A stretch of DNA of 64,000 bases from Macrostomum lignano. Lineage: Eukaryota. The stretch lies in contig NIVC01000987.1 in the NCBI GenBank assembly GCA_002269645.1, forward strand, positions 32,496 through 96,495, given 5' to 3'. Shown here piece by piece: positions 61,897 through 64,000 of the stretch. The position numbers and the translations under genes were made by a program. A model generated the notes under the pieces. That model had not been told where the DNA came from and did not search any database. It was given only the letters and a program-made list of their open reading frames with translations. Position 1 is the stretch's first letter; each line of letters opens with the position of its first letter.

Positions 61897-63561
61897 TTAG
61901 GGTGCACTGAACACCTGCAGTCTCATGTAACAGTCAGCCACCACCAGCTGCTCGCGCGGACCTCCCGTCACCAACGCGAGACCCAATGGACCAATGAATC
62001 TGCCGTCTCCGCTGCCGCTCTCGCCCGGAGTCCCCAGAGTCCACATTGGCGACCCGTCGTCTGCAGCCACCGCTCGCACTGAGGGACCCCATTTTTCACT
62101 CATGAACATGCGGCCTCTGCTGTCGACGGCCACATCCATTGGACCAGCAAACTGTTGGAGGCCGGAACGCTGAATCGGGAAGGAGGCGACCAGCTGCTGG
62201 GTGTCGATGCGCACTCTGTGCACCTGCTTATGCTCCCTGTCGATCACCAGAATGCAGTTTTCGTGAGTCGCCAGGTTGCCCAGTGCAGCATGAGGAAGCT
62301 GAGACAGCGTGATGACCGTCTCCATCTGCCAAGTCGCTTTGCTGAATGCAGCAATTTTGTTTCCACTGGACACAAACACGGAGGCTGCGTTGCCACCGAT
62401 TCCCCAGATACCACAGAAACCCCGAATTTGTGGGCGGAGTCGACGAACCGCGCAGCCGCTCAGGTCCGTCACTGTCACTGCGTCGCGCTGAGCAATGAAC
62501 AGCAGCTGACGGTCGCAGTGAAGGCCACGAATGTCCTTCTCCCAGTCGATGTCGCAGTGGCACCGCAGCTTCTGTGAGCCGTCCACAGAAAGCACCAGTA
62601 GATTGTCTCTGTGATAGAATGATGCAAGGATGCAGGGCTGAGGCAGAGCCTCGCTGCCGTCTCCCGCTGAATCGGCGGGAACCACACGGCCTGAGCGGTC
62701 ACAAACGAATCCGCTGGTGTCGCTGCACACAGCCAGCCATTTAACATTGCCATCCAGCTTCACCTCGTGACTGAAGACCATCGGATCGAACAGCAGTCTC
62801 TTTCTCTCAGCAGCGGCTATGTCCTCCGATGTCGCGGTCACCGCAGCATCTCTCGACCAGTCGCCCTCTTCACTGCGTCCCGCACAAATGCCGACCAGCC
62901 GCTCGAGCTGGCCCAGAAGCCGCAGCTGCAGCTCCTCATTGTCGCTCTGGTCTTTGAGCAGCCGCTCTGACCTCTCAAAGTCGGCCTCCAAGTCTCCAAG
63001 CGATTCGTGCATGGACTGGACCAGGCGAAGCAGCTCCGCCATGTCGCCTGCAGCCTCCGCCGTGGCCACCTCCTGCTTGTAGCTGGAGACGTCCTCGAGG
63101 TCCCGCTCGCACACACGCACTGCCTCAAGCACACCTGAGAGCTGGCCCGTCACCCTGCTACGAAACGAGTCGATGTGTTGCTGTACCAAATCGAATTTGT
63201 GATTGACCTCTTGCAGCTGCTGTTGGATGTCGAGAGCGAGACGACGCAGCGACTCAGCGTCTTGTTTTGGTCGCAGCAGCGCTGCACGGCCAGCTGCACC
63301 TGCTGCGCCTTGTGACTCTTGTGAGTCTTGTGACTCTTGTGGCTCTTGTGGCTCTTGTGAGTAGGCACGCAGCAGCTCTTCGACCTCCTCCTTGAGCTTG
63401 AATAGATTGGCCACATCGACACTGAGGTGTTGACTGCACATGTGGCAGCGGGAGAACGGAGCCACACCGACTGCAGCTTGGTCGCAGATGATGCAGAGAG
63501 GAGTTGGGGTAGCGGGAGGCGCGTCCGAACTCGAGCTGTCGCTGGAGTGTCCAAGGCTCAT
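61897..63561 (-). CDS. Zn-finger + coiled-coil + NHL beta-propeller protein, copy B (554 aa, single coding exon)
   Basis: Same architecture as copy A; N-terminal half nearly identical. An upstream 5'-UTR intron is suggested by a gtaagt donor near 63899 and an acceptor just before the ATG. Confidence 0.88.
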   Translation of the reverse strand: MSLGHSSDSSSSDAPPATPTPLCIICDQAAVGVAPFSRCHMCSQHLSVDVANLFKLKEEVEELLRAYSQEPQEPQESQDSQESQGAAGAAGRAALLRPKQDAESLRRLALDIQQQLQEVNHKFDLVQQHIDSFRSRVTGQLSGVLEAVRVCERDLEDVSSYKQEVATAEAAGDMAELLRLVQSMHESLGDLEADFERSERLLKDQSDNEELQLRLLGQLERLVGICAGRSEEGDWSRDAAVTATSEDIAAAERKRLLFDPMVFSHEVKLDGNVKWLAVCSDTSGFVCDRSGRVVPADSAGDGSEALPQPCILASFYHRDNLLVLSVDGSQKLRCHCDIDWEKDIRGLHCDRQLLFIAQRDAVTVTDLSGCAVRRLRPQIRGFCGIWGIGGNAASVFVSSGNKIAAFSKATWQMETVITLSQLPHAALGNLATHENCILVIDREHKQVHRVRIDTQQLVASFPIQRSGLQQFAGPMDVAVDSRGRMFMSEKWGPSVRAVAADDGSPMWTLGTPGESGSGDGRFIGPLGLALVTGGPREQLVVADCYMRLQVFSAP

Positions 63562-63609
63562 TGTTGGATAGTCTGTGATGAGCAGAAATGCAGAAGTTAA
63601 AACTCAACG

Positions 63610-63875
63610 CAGTGAGAGAAAGATTAAGAGAAGGGGAAGAGACGGGGAAGAGAGGTTCAAGAGAGGGAGAAGAGAGGGGGAAGAGAGGGGGAAGAGAGGG
63701 GGAAGAGAGGGGAAGAGAGGGTGAAGAAAGGTTTAAGAGAGGGGGAAGAGAGGGGGAAGAGAGGGGGAAGAGAGGGGGAAGAGAGGGGGAAGAGAGGGAG
63801 ACGAGAGGGGGAAGAGAGGGGGAAGAGAGGGGGAAGAGAGGGGGAAGAGAGGGGGAAGAGAGGGGGAAGAGAGGC
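63610..63875. repeat. GA-rich array (GAGAGGGGGAA)n
   Basis: Direct repeats. Confidence 0.9.
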
Positions 63876-64000
63876 AGTTCAGTTGAAGCCAAAACTTACT
63901 GATTGTGGATTTCCATCTAGAGAGCTGCCCAGCCCAGTGCTGCAGTGCCAGTGACTGACAGGCGGCCCACACGAGCTGCCTTCATAGCACAGGCACTCAC

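Overview
Eukaryotic (animal) genomic DNA. GT-AG spliced genes have introns packed with private minisatellites; the style resembles a Macrostomum-type flatworm (inference only). Four membrane-protein genes were reconstructed exon by exon: an SLC5 Na+/solute symporter (+, 2 exons); an MCT8/MCT10-like SLC16 transporter (-, 7 exons, with an apparent 1-nt frameshift and a GT>AT donor lesion); a GlyR-like anion-selective Cys-loop channel subunit (-, 11 exons, 507 aa); and an SLC18B1-like MFS transporter (+, 7 exons). A family of single-coding-exon Zn-finger/coiled-coil/NHL-propeller genes has two intact convergent copies, one 5'-deleted pseudogene and one 3' remnant; the coiled coil is nearly invariant and the propeller loops are hypervariable. 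A full-length Chapaev (CMC) DNA transposon (35805-39620) has CAC..GTG ends, ~140-bp TIRs, a TGAC TSD and an intact transposase. Also present: a degraded secreted PAN/LamG-like pseudogene, tRNA-derived SINEs, MITEs and about 25 tandem arrays. Notable non-coding structure: a 150-bp palindromic CCAAT/E-box (CLEAR-type) promoter inside a CpG desert, a 7-fold tandem array of 3' splice sites, and reverse-complementary 16-mer arrays across the channel introns. All calls were made by eye; no database searches or computations were run, and repeat boundaries are approximate.
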